Below the pieces are notes generated by a model. It did no database searches and was not told the DNA's origin. It worked only from the letters and a program-made list of their open reading frames with translations. From the human T2T-CHM13v2.0 reference genome, Homo sapiens, in NCBI RefSeq assembly GCF_009914755.1, contig NC_060926.1: 64,000 nucleotides of DNA. One strand, written 5' to 3'. Position numbers and translations under genes: made by a program. This document shows, in pieces, positions 18,654-31,042 of this stretch. Numbering within the stretch: the stretch's first letter is position 1; each line of letters begins with the position of its first letter.

Positions 18654-19100
18654 TTTCACTCGTGTCCATGTGAAGAGACCACCAAACAGGCTTTGTGTGA
18701 GCAACAAGGCTATTTCATCTGGGTGCAGGCAGACTGAGTCCGAAAAGAGAGTCAGCAAAGGAAGGTAAGGGTGGGGCCATTTTATAAAATTTGGGTAGGT
18801 AGTGGAAGATTACAGTCAAAGGGCCTTGTTCTCTGCCTGGCAAGGGTGGGGGTAACAAGGTGCTCATTGCAGGAGCTTTTGAGCCAGGATGAGCCCGGAG
18901 AAGGAATTTCACGAGATAATGTCATCAGTTAAGGCAGGGACCGGCTATTTTCACTTCTTTTGTGGTGGAATGTCATCAGTTAAGGCAGGAACCAGCCATT
19001 TTCACTTCTTTTGTGATTCTTCACTTGCTTGGGGCCACCTGGACGTATAATGCAGGTCACAGGGAATACGATGGCTTAGCTTGGGCTGAGAGGCCTGACA
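18654..19100 (-). mobile_element. HERV-H solo LTR (LTR7 family)
   Basis: Minus strand starts TGTCAGGCCTCTCAGCCCAAGCTAAGCCATC and ends GTGAAA; internal repeat ccttaactgatgacatt x2; perfect 5-bp TSD CTAGC at 18649-18653 and 19101-19105. Confidence 0.93.
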
Positions 19101-20594
19101 CTAGCAAGGATTTTTTTTCTTCATTCGGAAAGCATTCAATGCTAGCAATATTGTCATGAGATGGAGCATTCTCATACACGGTTAGTGAGAGAATATTTTG
19201 TCACTTGGGTACATTAAATATGAAAATATAAAAGAAAAAATTTAAAAAGTATTTTGGCACAAACCTTTGGTAAAATTTATCGAGAGCCTTTGAAAAGTAT
19301 TAAATCTTTAGTCATGGAAATAATCATAAAGAGTAAAGTGCAGTGACTGATTCACAGATGTTCATAACAGCATAGCATTATGTCCAACAGTAAGAAAGCA
19401 GCTAGCCACACTGAAATATAACTACAATCGAATAACATTTTGACATTAAAAATAATTACAAAAATGTTATAGGCAACGGCACAGAACATCTTAAGTGCAA
19501 GTACAAGTCAAAAATAGTACATACATAGGATCTCAACAGTATAAAAATAAGCACAGAAGAGCATCTGGTGGGGAATACACTAAAATAGTAGTAGTTTATA
19601 TTTCTGTGGAGCTGTATTTTTCCTATATTTCCCAGTTTTTAATAATAAATAAAGTGATTTTTTTAGGTTGAACTTAGCAGTGAGCTATAAAGATTCCCTG
19701 CTACCTCTTAATCAGCCTCATCTTGGAAGTCAGAGTAAAAATTTGGATTTTCTGTTTACTGTCCCAAATACATGGGTGCACATGCACGCACACGCACACA
19801 CGCACACACACATTTATACACTTAAAATTTCAAGCCGTGATAGACATTCTGGTTAGGTAAATTAAGCAACCCCCTAGCCCCATCTTCTATAATGATCAGT
19901 CAAGATACTGAATCAGTCCAGCTGGTTCTCACTTTGCTCTGACAACTGGTCTAATGTTGAAACTCTTGGCTAGATGGGGCAAGAGTCTTGCAGGTTCTCT
20001 CGTGGATATGCTGAGAGGCTATGGATACCTCTGGCTATCTCTAAACAGCTAAAGGAATGTGAAAGTATAGAAAGGTGAATCCAGCTAGCACCAAATGACA
20101 TAGAATCAAGTATGTTGTAGGTTTTGTGGGAGCAACTCATTCCGGCAGAGTGGTACAAACACTTCCTTTACGAATTATGAGGACTACCAAGAAACACTCC
20201 TGGTGGGTAGCAGTGGGATTTGGGACTCATAATTGGAACCTGACATAAGATCTAATCAGTGTTCATGTATTATATTTTAACAAAATTATTGTTTCTCATA
20301 ATATGTCTTCAATGGACAAGTTGATATCCGTTGACTGGGTAATCAGTGTAGTTGTTTCTGGATATGAGCTTGACCCAATAGAAATGTAGTACTCTTAATT
20401 CAGTCTTTAGAGAATTAGGAGTTTCTGACACATTTGGCCTTTTCTCCAAATGGGTATTAACAAAGGGAATTCCCCTCCTCATCCTGGTAATAACCTTTCA
20501 AAGGAGCATTAACTCCCTGCTGTATGCCCCCTTCCAGAGTCATACTGTCATATCTGTATTCCTCATAAAGCCATTTAATCAGAGAAATTATGTT

Positions 20595-20845
20595 CGGGAG
20601 GCTGAGGCGGGAGGATTCATTGAGCTCAGGAGTTCAAGACAAGCCTGGGCAACATGGTGAAATCCCATCTCTACAAAAATTAGCTGAGCGTGGTGGTGCA
20701 TGCCTGTAGTTACAGCTACTTGGGAGGCTGAGGTGGGAGGATTACTTCAACCCAGGAGGTCAAGGCTGTGATGAGCTGTAATTGCGCCACTACACTCCAC
20801 TCTCCACGGCACTCTGGGTGACAGAGTGAAACTGTTTCAAAAAAA
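20595..20845 (+). mobile_element. AluJ, 5' truncated
   Basis: J-type arms ggaggattcattgagctcagg and ggtcaaggctgtgatgagc. Confidence 0.85.
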
Positions 20846-20962
20846 TTTTTTTTAATTTAAAAATAATTTTTTAAAACTAAAACCATTGCAAATAATTGCT
20901 AAATAGCTAAAAAACCGTGAACAGGACTAGAATCTGATAACCTAGAAGGGTGTGCTATACAG

Positions 20963-22834
20963 CAGTGGTCCCCAACCTTTTTTGGCACCAGGGGCCAGTT
21001 TCATGGAAGACAATTTTTCCCTGGATCCGCGGGTGAGGGGATGGTTTCAGGATGATTCAAGTGCATTACATTTAGTGTGCACTTTATTTCTATTATTATT
21101 ACAGTGTAATATATAATGAAATAATTATACAACCCACCATAATGTAGAACCAGTGGGAGCCCTGAACTTGTTTTCCTGCAACTAGATGGTCCCATCTAGG
21201 GGTGACGGGAGACCGTGACAGACCTATCAGGCATTGATTCTCATGAGAGGTGACAGCATGCTGGCAGCCCTCGCTCGCTCTCTGCGCCTCCTCTGCCTGG
21301 GCTCCCACTTTGGCGGCACTTGAGGAGCCCTTCAGCCCACCGCTGCACTGTGGGAGCCCCTTCCTGAGCTGGCCAAGGCCGGAGCCGGCTCCCTCAGCCT
21401 GCGGGGAGGTGTGCAGGGAGAGGGTGAGAGGGAACTGGGGCTGTGCCCGGCGCTTGCGGGCCAGCTGGAGTTCCGGGTGGGCGTGGGCTTGGCGGGCCCC
21501 ACACTGGGAGCGGCCAGCCGGCCCTGCCGGCCCAGGCAATGAGGGGCTTAGCACCCAGGCCAGCGGCTGCAGAGGGTGTGCTGGGTCCCCCAGCAGTGCT
21601 GGCTCACTGGCGGTGTGCTGGATTTCTCACCAGGCCTTAGCTGCCTCCCGGCAGGGCAGGGCTCGGGACCTGCAGCCCCCCATGCCTGAACCTCCCCCGC
21701 CTCCTTGGGCTCCTGTGCAAACGGAGCCTCCCCCACGAGCGCCACCCCCTGCTCCACGGTGCGCAATTCCATCGACCACCCAAGGGCTGAGGAGTGCGGC
21801 GCACGGTACGGGATTGGCAGGCAGCTCCACCTGTGGCCGGGTCTGGGATCCACTGGGTGAAGCCATCTGGGCTCCTGAGTCTGGTGGGGACTTGGGGAAC
21901 CTTTATGTCTAGCTAAGGGATTGTAAATACACCAATCAGCACTCTGTATCTAGCTCAAGGTTTGTAAACACACCAATCAGCACCCTGTGTCTAGCTCAGG
22001 GTTTGTGAATGCACCAATCAACACTCTGTAGCTACTCTGGTGGCAACTTGGAGAACCTTCATGTCCACACTCTGTATCTAGCTAATCTAGTGGGGATGTG
22101 GAGAACTTTTGTGTCTAGCTCAGGGATTGTAAACACGCCAATCAGCACCCTGTCAAAACGGACCAATCAGCTCTCTGTAAAACAGACCAATTGGCTCTCT
22201 GTAAAATGGAGCAATCAGCAGGATGTGGGTGGGGCCAGAGAAGAGAATAAAAGGCTGCCGGAACCAGCAGTGGTAACCTGCTGGGGTCCCCCTCTGCACT
22301 GTGGAAGCTTTGTTTTTTTGCTCTTTGCAATAAATCTTGCTGCTGCTCACTCGGTCCACACTGCCTTTATGAGCTGTAACACTCACCGCGAAGGTCTGCA
22401 GCTTCACTCCTGAGCCAGCGAGACCACAAACCCACCAGAAGGAAGAAACTCCGAACACATCCGAACATCAGAAGGAACAAACTCCAGACACGCCGCCTTT
22501 GAGAACTGTACCACTCACCGCGAGGGTCCACGGCTTCATTCTTGAAGTCAGTGAGACCAAGAACCCACCAATTCTGGACACATAAGGAGTGTGCAACGTA
22601 CATCCCTCACATGCACAGTTCACTGTAGGGTTGGCCGTACAAATCCCACCACTGATCCAACAGGAGGAGGCGCTCAGGTGGTAATATGAGCAGTGGGGAG
22701 CAGCTGTAAATACAGATGAAGCTTTGCTCACTTGCCCACAGTTCATGTCATGCTGTGAGGCCCAGTTCTTAACAGGCCACAAGCCAGTTACCAGTACGAG
22801 TACCAGCCTGTGGTCCGGGGTTTAGGGACCCCTG
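20963..22834 (+). mobile_element. MER1A hAT-Charlie element, split by LTR12C
   Basis: TIRs cagtggtccccaacc and gggacccctg; 8-bp TSD ctatacag/ctatagag; the two halves rejoin as gattctca|taaggag. Confidence 0.88.
21244..22582 (+). mobile_element. ERV9 solo LTR (LTR12C-like)
   Basis: Starts TGAGAGGTGACAGC, ends CCAATTCTGGACACA; GC-rich U3; tandem CCAATCA/ctagct enhancer repeats at 21900-22220. Confidence 0.93.
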
Positions 22835-24674
22835 CTATAGAGGATACATAGGATATTTTGTCAATTTAATCCTCTGTCCAATCCAGTGAGGGAGGTGTTC
22901 TTCTTTCCATGTAGGTAATGACATAACTGAGGCTTGGAATAAATAACTTGTCACAGACCTTTCTTAACAAGTGGAAAGAGTTGGTACTTAAACACGGCTT
23001 ATTTCGACTCCTTAATCTAGTCTTAGTTACTCACAACGGATATATAAAAGGTACTGTGTAGATAAAGATGAGGAAACAAACCAAAATAAAGAAGTTATCT
23101 GTAATGAGGCCACGTAAAAATGGTTTCTATATTAAATACACCTATTTTCTAAAAACTGAGTGATTTTCTTGAATGACAGGATTATATGTAGAACATTATG
23201 CCTACTCCAGGGAATTTCACACAAAGTGAGCCATGGGGAATCTCGTTTTCTATGGTTACTTCACTCACCACTCATGGTGCTTGACCTCAGAGAAGACAGA
23301 ATAGCTGCAGAGTGTTCCTGAAATGAGGATTGTTCCTGCTAGATCACGAAGTCCAAGCTGATGGTACACCTGCCACTCACAGACGAAGTACCCAAACTGC
23401 TAACTTCTCAAGAGACTTCGTGTACAACTTTGGAAAGCGGGAGTTCTGACCCAAACTTTGAATATGCTTGATTTCAGAAGATAAGAATCAAACTGTATGT
23501 TGCAATTTCTCATAAAACATTAAAGAAGTAACTTAGTGGTCCACGGAAATTTTAGTGATGTCCATGTAATTGCGATGTTATCTTTCTTACTAAATAACAA
23601 ATGGCCTTCATTGTAACATGAAAATCCATGCCACTTCTCATTTGTGCCTAAAAGTTATCAAAAGGCTTTTCATTTGATAATATTTTTATACTTTTCGATT
23701 TCAAAAAGCAGTGGTACAAGCTGAATGGGGTTAGCTTTTACACTAAACTTCTCATTTTTACCAATAAACAGTTTAAGCGTTGATGTGTAAGTGACAGGGT
23801 CGGGGTCAGACAACTGTAGTGACCAAGCCAGGATTGCGTTCCAGCCCTTGGAATCTCACTTGTGCTTTCTTTGAGCCCGGGGCTGTTTATGTTTAATTGA
23901 TTGGAGTCCAGTGTGTCTGATGTAGAATGGGGGCTCTAAGAATGGTAACACTTACCTGGTAATTACCTATTCCAAGTGTTTTTCCTATATTAACAATTTT
24001 AAACCTCACAGCAACCTATGAGGAAGAAACATTTGATATTACCCCATTTAAGATAGGGGAGCTAAAGCACAGGATATTTCCATGCCTAACACCATGAGCA
24101 AAAGATTTGGAGTTGGGCAGACTGCTCCAGAGTCCATGCTGTGGTCAGCCACTGTACAATCCTGCCAGCAAATGGGAGAATTGAGATGTGGGAAGTGAAA
24201 GACAGTGGAAAGACAGAAGGTAAAAAAGGAAACAAGGGAAAGGAAAAAAGAATTTTAAAAGGTAGAGAGCAGTAAAGAAAGAAGGAAAACAAAGCTAGAA
24301 AATGTAAAGAAAAATCTTATATTTGTATTTTGAATATTGATAGACATTTTCTAGTTTTGCATCATAAATTCCCAACAATGTATTTTGTATCTTTTATTTT
24401 TTTCATATGCCCGCCTTTTCCTTCCCCTCCTCCACAAGATAAGGTAGTGAAGCCTGTTTTTAATGACTTGATCTACTTGAACTGAGTGTGTTGAGAAAGG
24501 TTTGGTTATGGACTTTGTGGCCTGTTGATTGGGAAATTAACAAGAATAGTTGATTTCACAAAGACAAGATACATTTTAGAACCAAGTAAAGTTCATACTT
24601 GAAGTACTGTGATTTTGAAGCCCCTCAACCTATGTTTTGCTTTAGATACTTGAAGCCAAATCATAAGGTTGGGT

Positions 24675-27600
24675 TTTAAAAAATATTGAGATACAATTGA
24701 CATACAAAAAAACTGCATGTATTTAAAGTGTATAATTTTATAAATTTTGACGTGTACACCCACGAAACCATCACCACAGTTAAGGTAACAAACATTTTCA
24801 TCACTTCAAATGTTTCTTCATGCCCCTTGGTAATCTCTCCCTCTTGCATCTCTCTCTGCAACCCCATTCCAAATAACAACTGATCTGCTTTCTGTCATTA
24901 TACATTACATTTTCTAGTATTTTATATAAGTAGAATTATGTGTTATACACCCCTTTGTCTGACTTCTTTCCCTCAGCATAATTATTTTGGGACTCATCCA
25001 TGTGGTAACATGAACTAATAGTTCATTTCTTTTCATTTCTGAGTAGTATTTTATAACAGAAATATACCATAGTTTGCTTCTCCACTCATCTATTGATAGA
25101 CATTTGGCCTGTTTCCAGTATTTGATTATAACAAACAAATCATCTATGAAAATTCATATAAATGTCTTCGAATGTACATATACTTTCATTTCTCTTGGAT
25201 AAATACACAGGAGTAGGAAGTATGGTAGATGTATTTCTACCATTATAAAAAACGGTCAAACTGTTTTCCAAAGTGGTTTTACCATTTCACATTCTCACCA
25301 ACAGCGTCTGAGAGTTCCGCTTGCTTTACTTTCTTGACAACACTTGGTAGGGTCAGTCTTTTTCATTTTAGCTACTGCACTAGGCATGTAGTATATCTGA
25401 TAGGGGGTTTAATTTGTATTTTTCTAATGACAAATGATGTTGAGCATTTTTTGGTGCATTTATTTGTCATCTGTATATCTTTTATGGTGAAGTATCTATT
25501 CAAATATTTTGCCCATTATTTAAATTGAGACGTTTTGGTTTTTGTATATAGTTTGGAGTATGGCTTGAACTTTATTTGTTATAAGTTATTTGGATATCTA
25601 ATTATTTCAGCATTTACATTTACAAACTTGCAATCTATCTAATACTCTATAACATATCTAATGAAGTTTTGCCTCCAAATCTGCTGAAAAGACTGTTGTT
25701 TCTCCATAGACTTGCCTTTGTACCTTTCTCAAAATCAGCTTTCCATATATGCATGGGTCTGTTTCTGGACTTTCTATTTTGTTCCATTGATCTATTTATT
25801 GATCTCAACACCAATACCACATCATGTTGATTAATGTAGTTTTCTAGATTTGAAACCAGGTAGTGTTACTCCTCCAACTTTGTTTTTGTTCTGTTTGGAC
25901 TGCTCTAGGTTATTTGCATTTCCATGTGAATTTTAGAATTAGTTTTTAAAATTTCCATCAAGAAAAAAGTGGTTGTGATTTTTGATTGTGATTACATTGA
26001 TCAATTTCAATTGACATCAGTTTTAAGTCTTGCAACCCATGAATATAGTATACCTCTTAATTTATTTAGGTCTTTAGTTCCTTTCAGCAATATTTTGCAG
26101 TTTTCAATGTACAGGTCTTTCACATTTTTGTCAAACTTATTCCTAAGTATTTCATATTTTGATGCTCTTATATATTATATTTTCAATTTCTGATTTTTTA
26201 TTGTATATAGAAATGCAGTTGTGTACACTGATCTTGCATCCTGCAGCCTCTTTAAACTCACTTATTTCTGGTAGCGTTTTTGTAGATTCCATTAGATTTT
26301 CTACTACTGTGATTATATCAGTTGTGTATAAAGACAGTTTTACTTCTTTCTTTCTAATCTGAAGGTTTTGTTTTGTTTTTGCCTTATTGTACAGGCTAGA
26401 ACTTTCAATACACCATGGAATAGAAGAGGGCAAGCGTTCTTATTTTAATTTCTGATCTGAGGGGAAAGCATGCCATTTTTTGCCATTGATCACAATGTTA
26501 CCTGTAGGTTTTTTTGGAGATACGCTTTTTCTAGTTGAGAAGCTCTCTTTTGTTCTTATTTTGCTGAGTTTTTTTTATGGAATTAATACTGAATTTTGTC
26601 ACACTTGTGTTCATTGAGATGATCATATGGTTTTACTGTTTTAGTTTATATGATGAATTATATTTGAATTTTAAAATATTAAGACAGCCTTGCATTCCTG
26701 GGATAAAATTGACTTAGTCCTAATGTGTTATTCTTTTTATTGTATCAGTGGGTTTACTAAAATTTTATTTTAAGTTTTTGCATAAATATTTACAACGGAT
26801 ATTGGTTTGTAGTTTTCTTGTAAAGTCTTTTTCTGGTTTTGGTATCAGAGTAATTCTGGCTTCAGAGAATGAGTTGAAAAGTACCCTGCCTTCTTCATTT
26901 TCCTTAAAAACTATGTAGAATTGATATCGTTTCTCCCTTAAATGTTTAGTGGAATTCACTCGTGAACCCATCTGAACCTGGAGTTTTCTTTGTTGGGGGA
27001 AGTTTTCAAGTACAATTTCAACTTCAGTTCTTTTAAGAGATACAGGGCTATTTAGATTATCTTTCTTCTGGAGTGATCTTTGGTAGTTTGTATCTTTCAA
27101 AGAATTTATCTATTTTTCTATTTCATTTAAGTTGTCAAATTTGTTGGCACAAATTTAATAATATTCCCTTATTCTTTTATTATCTATAAAATCTGTAGTG
27201 ATGCCACCTCTCTCATTCTTGATATTTGTAATTTGTGTTTTCCCTATTTCCTGTTTTCTATATTTGCTGTTACCCTACAGGTAACATTATAACCAATGGC
27301 TGGAAGTTTATCAATGTTGCTGAGCTTCTGAAATTAACAGCTTTTGGGTTCATTGATTTTTCTCTTTTTCTATTTTCTATTTCATTGATTTCCACTCTCA
27401 ACTTTATCATTTTCTTCCTTCTCTTTACTTTGGGTTTTATTTACGCTTCTAATTTCTTAAGGTGGGAGCTGAAGTCATTGATATAAGACTTTACTTGTTT
27501 TCTCTTTTTCTTTTTTTTAATTATACTTTAAGTTCTGGGATACATGTGCAGAACATGCAGGTTTGTTACATAGGTATACACGTGCCATGATTGTTTGCCA

Positions 27601-28020
27601 CACTCATCAACCCATCATCTACATTAGGTATTTCTCCTAATGCTATCCCTCCCCTAGTCCACTTCCTTTCTACTATAAGCATTTAGTGCTATAAATTTCT
27701 AAGTACCACTTTAGCAGTATCCTACAAATTTTAATATGTTATATTTTCATGTTCATTCAATGAAAAATAATTTCTAATTTCCATTTTGCTTTTTTCTTTC
27801 ATTCATGGGTTATTTAAAAGTCTGTTTTGTTTCAGGTTTTTTTTGTTTTCAGGTATCTTTCTGTAATTGATTTCTAATTTAATGCCATCATGGTCAGCAG
27901 TTTGTACGACTTGAATCTGTTCAAACTTGTTGAGACTTGTTCTGTGGCCCAGAATATGTTCTATTTTGGTAAACATTCCATGTACACTGAAACAGCATGC
28001 ATATTCTTTAAAGGTGACCT
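24675..28020 (-). mobile_element. Old L1 (L1MB/L1MC-type), 3' UTR plus degenerate ORF2
   Basis: ORF2 relics in ORFs 26152-26433 (KKEVKLSLYTTD) and 26765-27100 (LFNSFSEARITLIPKP). Confidence 0.8.
27505..27660 (-). mobile_element. Short L1PA (about PA7/PA8) 3' end nested in the old L1
   Basis: ttatactttaagttctgggatacatgtgcagaac...gctatccctcccct; degenerate TSD acttgttttct/acttccttttt. Confidence 0.8.
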
Positions 28021-29036
28021 ACATCAAGTGTCTTTCAAGCCCTCTACCTGCTTTGGTCTCCCCATAGCCTCAGCTCTGTCTTTCCTCAGCACGAGGAGAT
28101 TTCTGGACTCCTTTTGTGTTTCTGCTCCATACACAGACCTGGATGCTCTCTCAAAGCAGTAAGCTGGGACAATAAGAAGGTTCATCTTGTTTGTTACCCA
28201 TCTCTCAGGGGTTGCTGTACTTTCTTTCTTGCTGTCCAATGTCTTGAAAACCATTCTTTTTATACCGTGTCCCTGTTTTAGATTTTGAAAGCCAGAAGTT
28301 GTAACTTTTGAAAGTTGTAACTTTGTAGCATTGTAATATTTTAAAAATCTGCTCCTCACCACACTTTCCAGTCCTATAAACCATTATTTTATAGATTAAA
28401 AAAACCTCGAAAGTATTACATTTCTTTTTAAAATAAGTTTTTATAATGTTTCAAATGCTTCCACTCGATAAAATAAAGCAAATTGACATACTTGTACTAT
28501 GGAATTACTTATTAAATTAGACATTGGTTAGAGCTCTGAGACAATTTTTTATTTGTCCATTTTTCAATAGTAACCTTGTGCTTTGACAAATAAAATTGCA
28601 TGTGGAGAGTTAAATTATACTTTTCCTCCTTCTTGAATACTTTATATTTATACAACCCACCTAATTTAAAATTGGGAAACCTAATTGGGAAAATAATCTG
28701 CTGAAAATCGCATGTGGAAATGCCATTGGAAATTATTAATGCCACAAAACTGTGGCATTAATAGCTAAGCCCTAATTGGACTGCCACTCTCAGACAGACT
28801 GGCCCCACCATGTAGAGTGTGGAATTCATCTGGAGCCCAACATTGACTGTCCTGATCTTTAAAACATCCCAGATATAATGATAGTGACCTCCCAGCCAAG
28901 CCACTAATTCATTTATTTATTTTGTCTCTGTTGAAATGCATGTTATTTCCCTTGTGTTCTTCAGTCCTCAGAGCTCAATGTACTTTGCAATTGTAATTAA
29001 TCAAACATTTATTGAGCTAAAATTATGGGGACTATC

Positions 29037-29460
29037 CAGAGGCTGATCCAAATTTCAGGGACCCGAAGCTTACACAATTTGGAGAATCTTTAAGAAAAAG
29101 AATACAAAATTACAAACACAAAATTAAGTATGAAAGTGACTATTTATTTAGAATGCAAAAGACAGCATGACAAATTATAAAATTTTCAAAGCTGACAAAT
29201 ACTACAATTATCACGTCCAGAAAAATAACATTTTATTATTATTTATTGACTGCATAGTACATCTAGAATACTTTCTTTTACATACTCTTTGTTTGCTTCA
29301 TTGTATGGCATTAATTTTAATGTTATTTTCTATTGAAAGGATAGAGGATGAAATATTGTTTTTTCCACTAACACAATTAATTGACATTTTTCTTTCTTAT
29401 TATGGATCATTTAGAAAAGCTCCTCTCAGCTTCACTTCTTGCTAGTAATGGCATGTAGCA
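29037..29460. mobile_element. MER63-like hAT-Blackjack fragment
   Basis: gaagcttacacaatttgg...ctttaagaaaaagaatacaaaattacaaa resembles MER63. Confidence 0.5.
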
Positions 29461-30673
29461 ACTTCCTCAGCAGCCCTTCTTCCCAGGGTGAGCCCTCCAA
29501 GAACTCCAGCCCTTCGAGCCCATTAAGCTGGGTGCAAATGGCTGTGCTGCAGCCTCTGGTCCAGCTCTGCCCGCTGCAGCCCCTGGGCCAGCTTTGCCCA
29601 GCCTCTGCACCTCCCATTCCTACCCCCATCTCACCTCCAATTGTGGGCGGGTCCCAGTAAGAGCCTTAGTCACTGTGGGCTCTGAGCAGGGAACCAAGCA
29701 AGCCCCTTTTTATATCCTTCTCCTTGGGGGTCAAGGTCAGGGTCTGAAGCTCAATGCAGGCCCCCAGAAAAAAGCTGTAACTGGAGCCAGCTGATGCGGA
29801 GGTTGGAAATTGCCTCCTGACCATCCCCAGAGTCAAATCTGCCATGGCTCCCTCAAACCACTTTCCTGAGGCTGCAGCTGTTTTTATGTGGGGCAGGAAG
29901 GCAAAGAACAGGAGACTGGGCGGGCACATATCCATGCAAATAAAGTCCTGTGAGTAAAAGCAGACTAACAGCAATATTTTCCCACCTTCTTTCACAAGGC
30001 CTACAGTATAAAGGCTGAAGTTCTCAGCAGGCCTTTTGTGTACCCCACGCTCCCACCCAGTCTGCCTTTCCAGCAGATCTCCAGCATCCCCAACTGCACA
30101 CACACACTGTCTACATTCCAGGCACACGGGATTGAGTGCTGCTTGAAACCCACCTGGCACTCTTCTGCCCTTTGCTTGGTTTTTATTCTGCCTTTGGGGC
30201 CACCTTCCCCCATGCCCACTCATGGAAATCTCCCTTCCCACTCAAGGCCTGGGCCAAGGGATGGAAGTTTTGCCACAAAACCTTCTGATCCACATAGCCA
30301 GTTGTGCTCTCACCCACCTCAAAGCCCTGGAGCATTTTTTTGCATCTTCGTTTAGTTTGACCTACCCTAAGATCTTCAATAACGTGAGGACAAGGACCTC
30401 GTATTATTTACCTTTGTATCTCCTGCCTGGCAGCCTGTGCTCAATTAACATTTGTTAAACCAAATTAAACAACTCAAGAAGAAGAAAAACATTTCACGTG
30501 TTCCTAAGTTTCCTTTAAAAAAAAAAAAAAACTGAAAGTAATTTCTACCCTCAGATATGATGTGACAAGGAGAGAGTGGAGAAAGAGGGAGAGGAGGACT
30601 AGGGAGCAGGGAGAGTGGAGGGGAGGGTGGGGCAGGAAGTGGGGAAGCCTAGCAGATCAGGCACAAGAGATAG

Positions 30674-31042
30674 TGTATTAGTCCGTTTTCATGCTGCTGA
30701 TAAAGACATACCCGACACTAGATAATTTATAAAGAAAAAGAAGTTTAATGGACTCACAGTTCCACGTGGCTGGCGGGTCCTCACAATCACGGCAGAAGGT
30801 GGAAGGCAAAAGGCACGTCTTACCTGGTGGCAGGCAAGAGAGAATGAGAGCCAAGCGAAAGGGGTTTTGCCTTATAAAACCATGAGATCTCATGAGGCTT
30901 ACTCACTACCACGAGAACAGTATGGGGGAAACCTCCCCCATGATTCAATTACCTCCCACCAGATCCCTCCCACAACATGTGGGAATTATGGGAGCTATAA
31001 TTCCAGATGAGATTTGGGTGGGGACACAGCCAAGCAGTATCA
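30674..31042 (-). mobile_element. THE1B-like MaLR solo LTR
   Basis: tgtattagtccgttttcatgctgctgataaagacatacc...gggacacagccaagcagtatca. Confidence 0.9.

Noticed and set aside
21900-22220. Spaced CCAATCAG repeats resembling a CRISPR array
   Set aside because: These are the ERV9 LTR U3 enhancer repeats; the spacers are themselves repetitive and the DNA is primate.
21099-22603. ORFs of 100-220 aa in the GC-rich region
   Set aside because: They lie almost entirely within the LTR12C/MER1A, where high GC depletes stop codons; no domain similarity is recognisable.
29666-30355. Overlapping 191-aa and 105-aa ORFs
   Set aside because: No homology I recognise and no exon structure; consistent with chance in a moderately GC-rich stretch.
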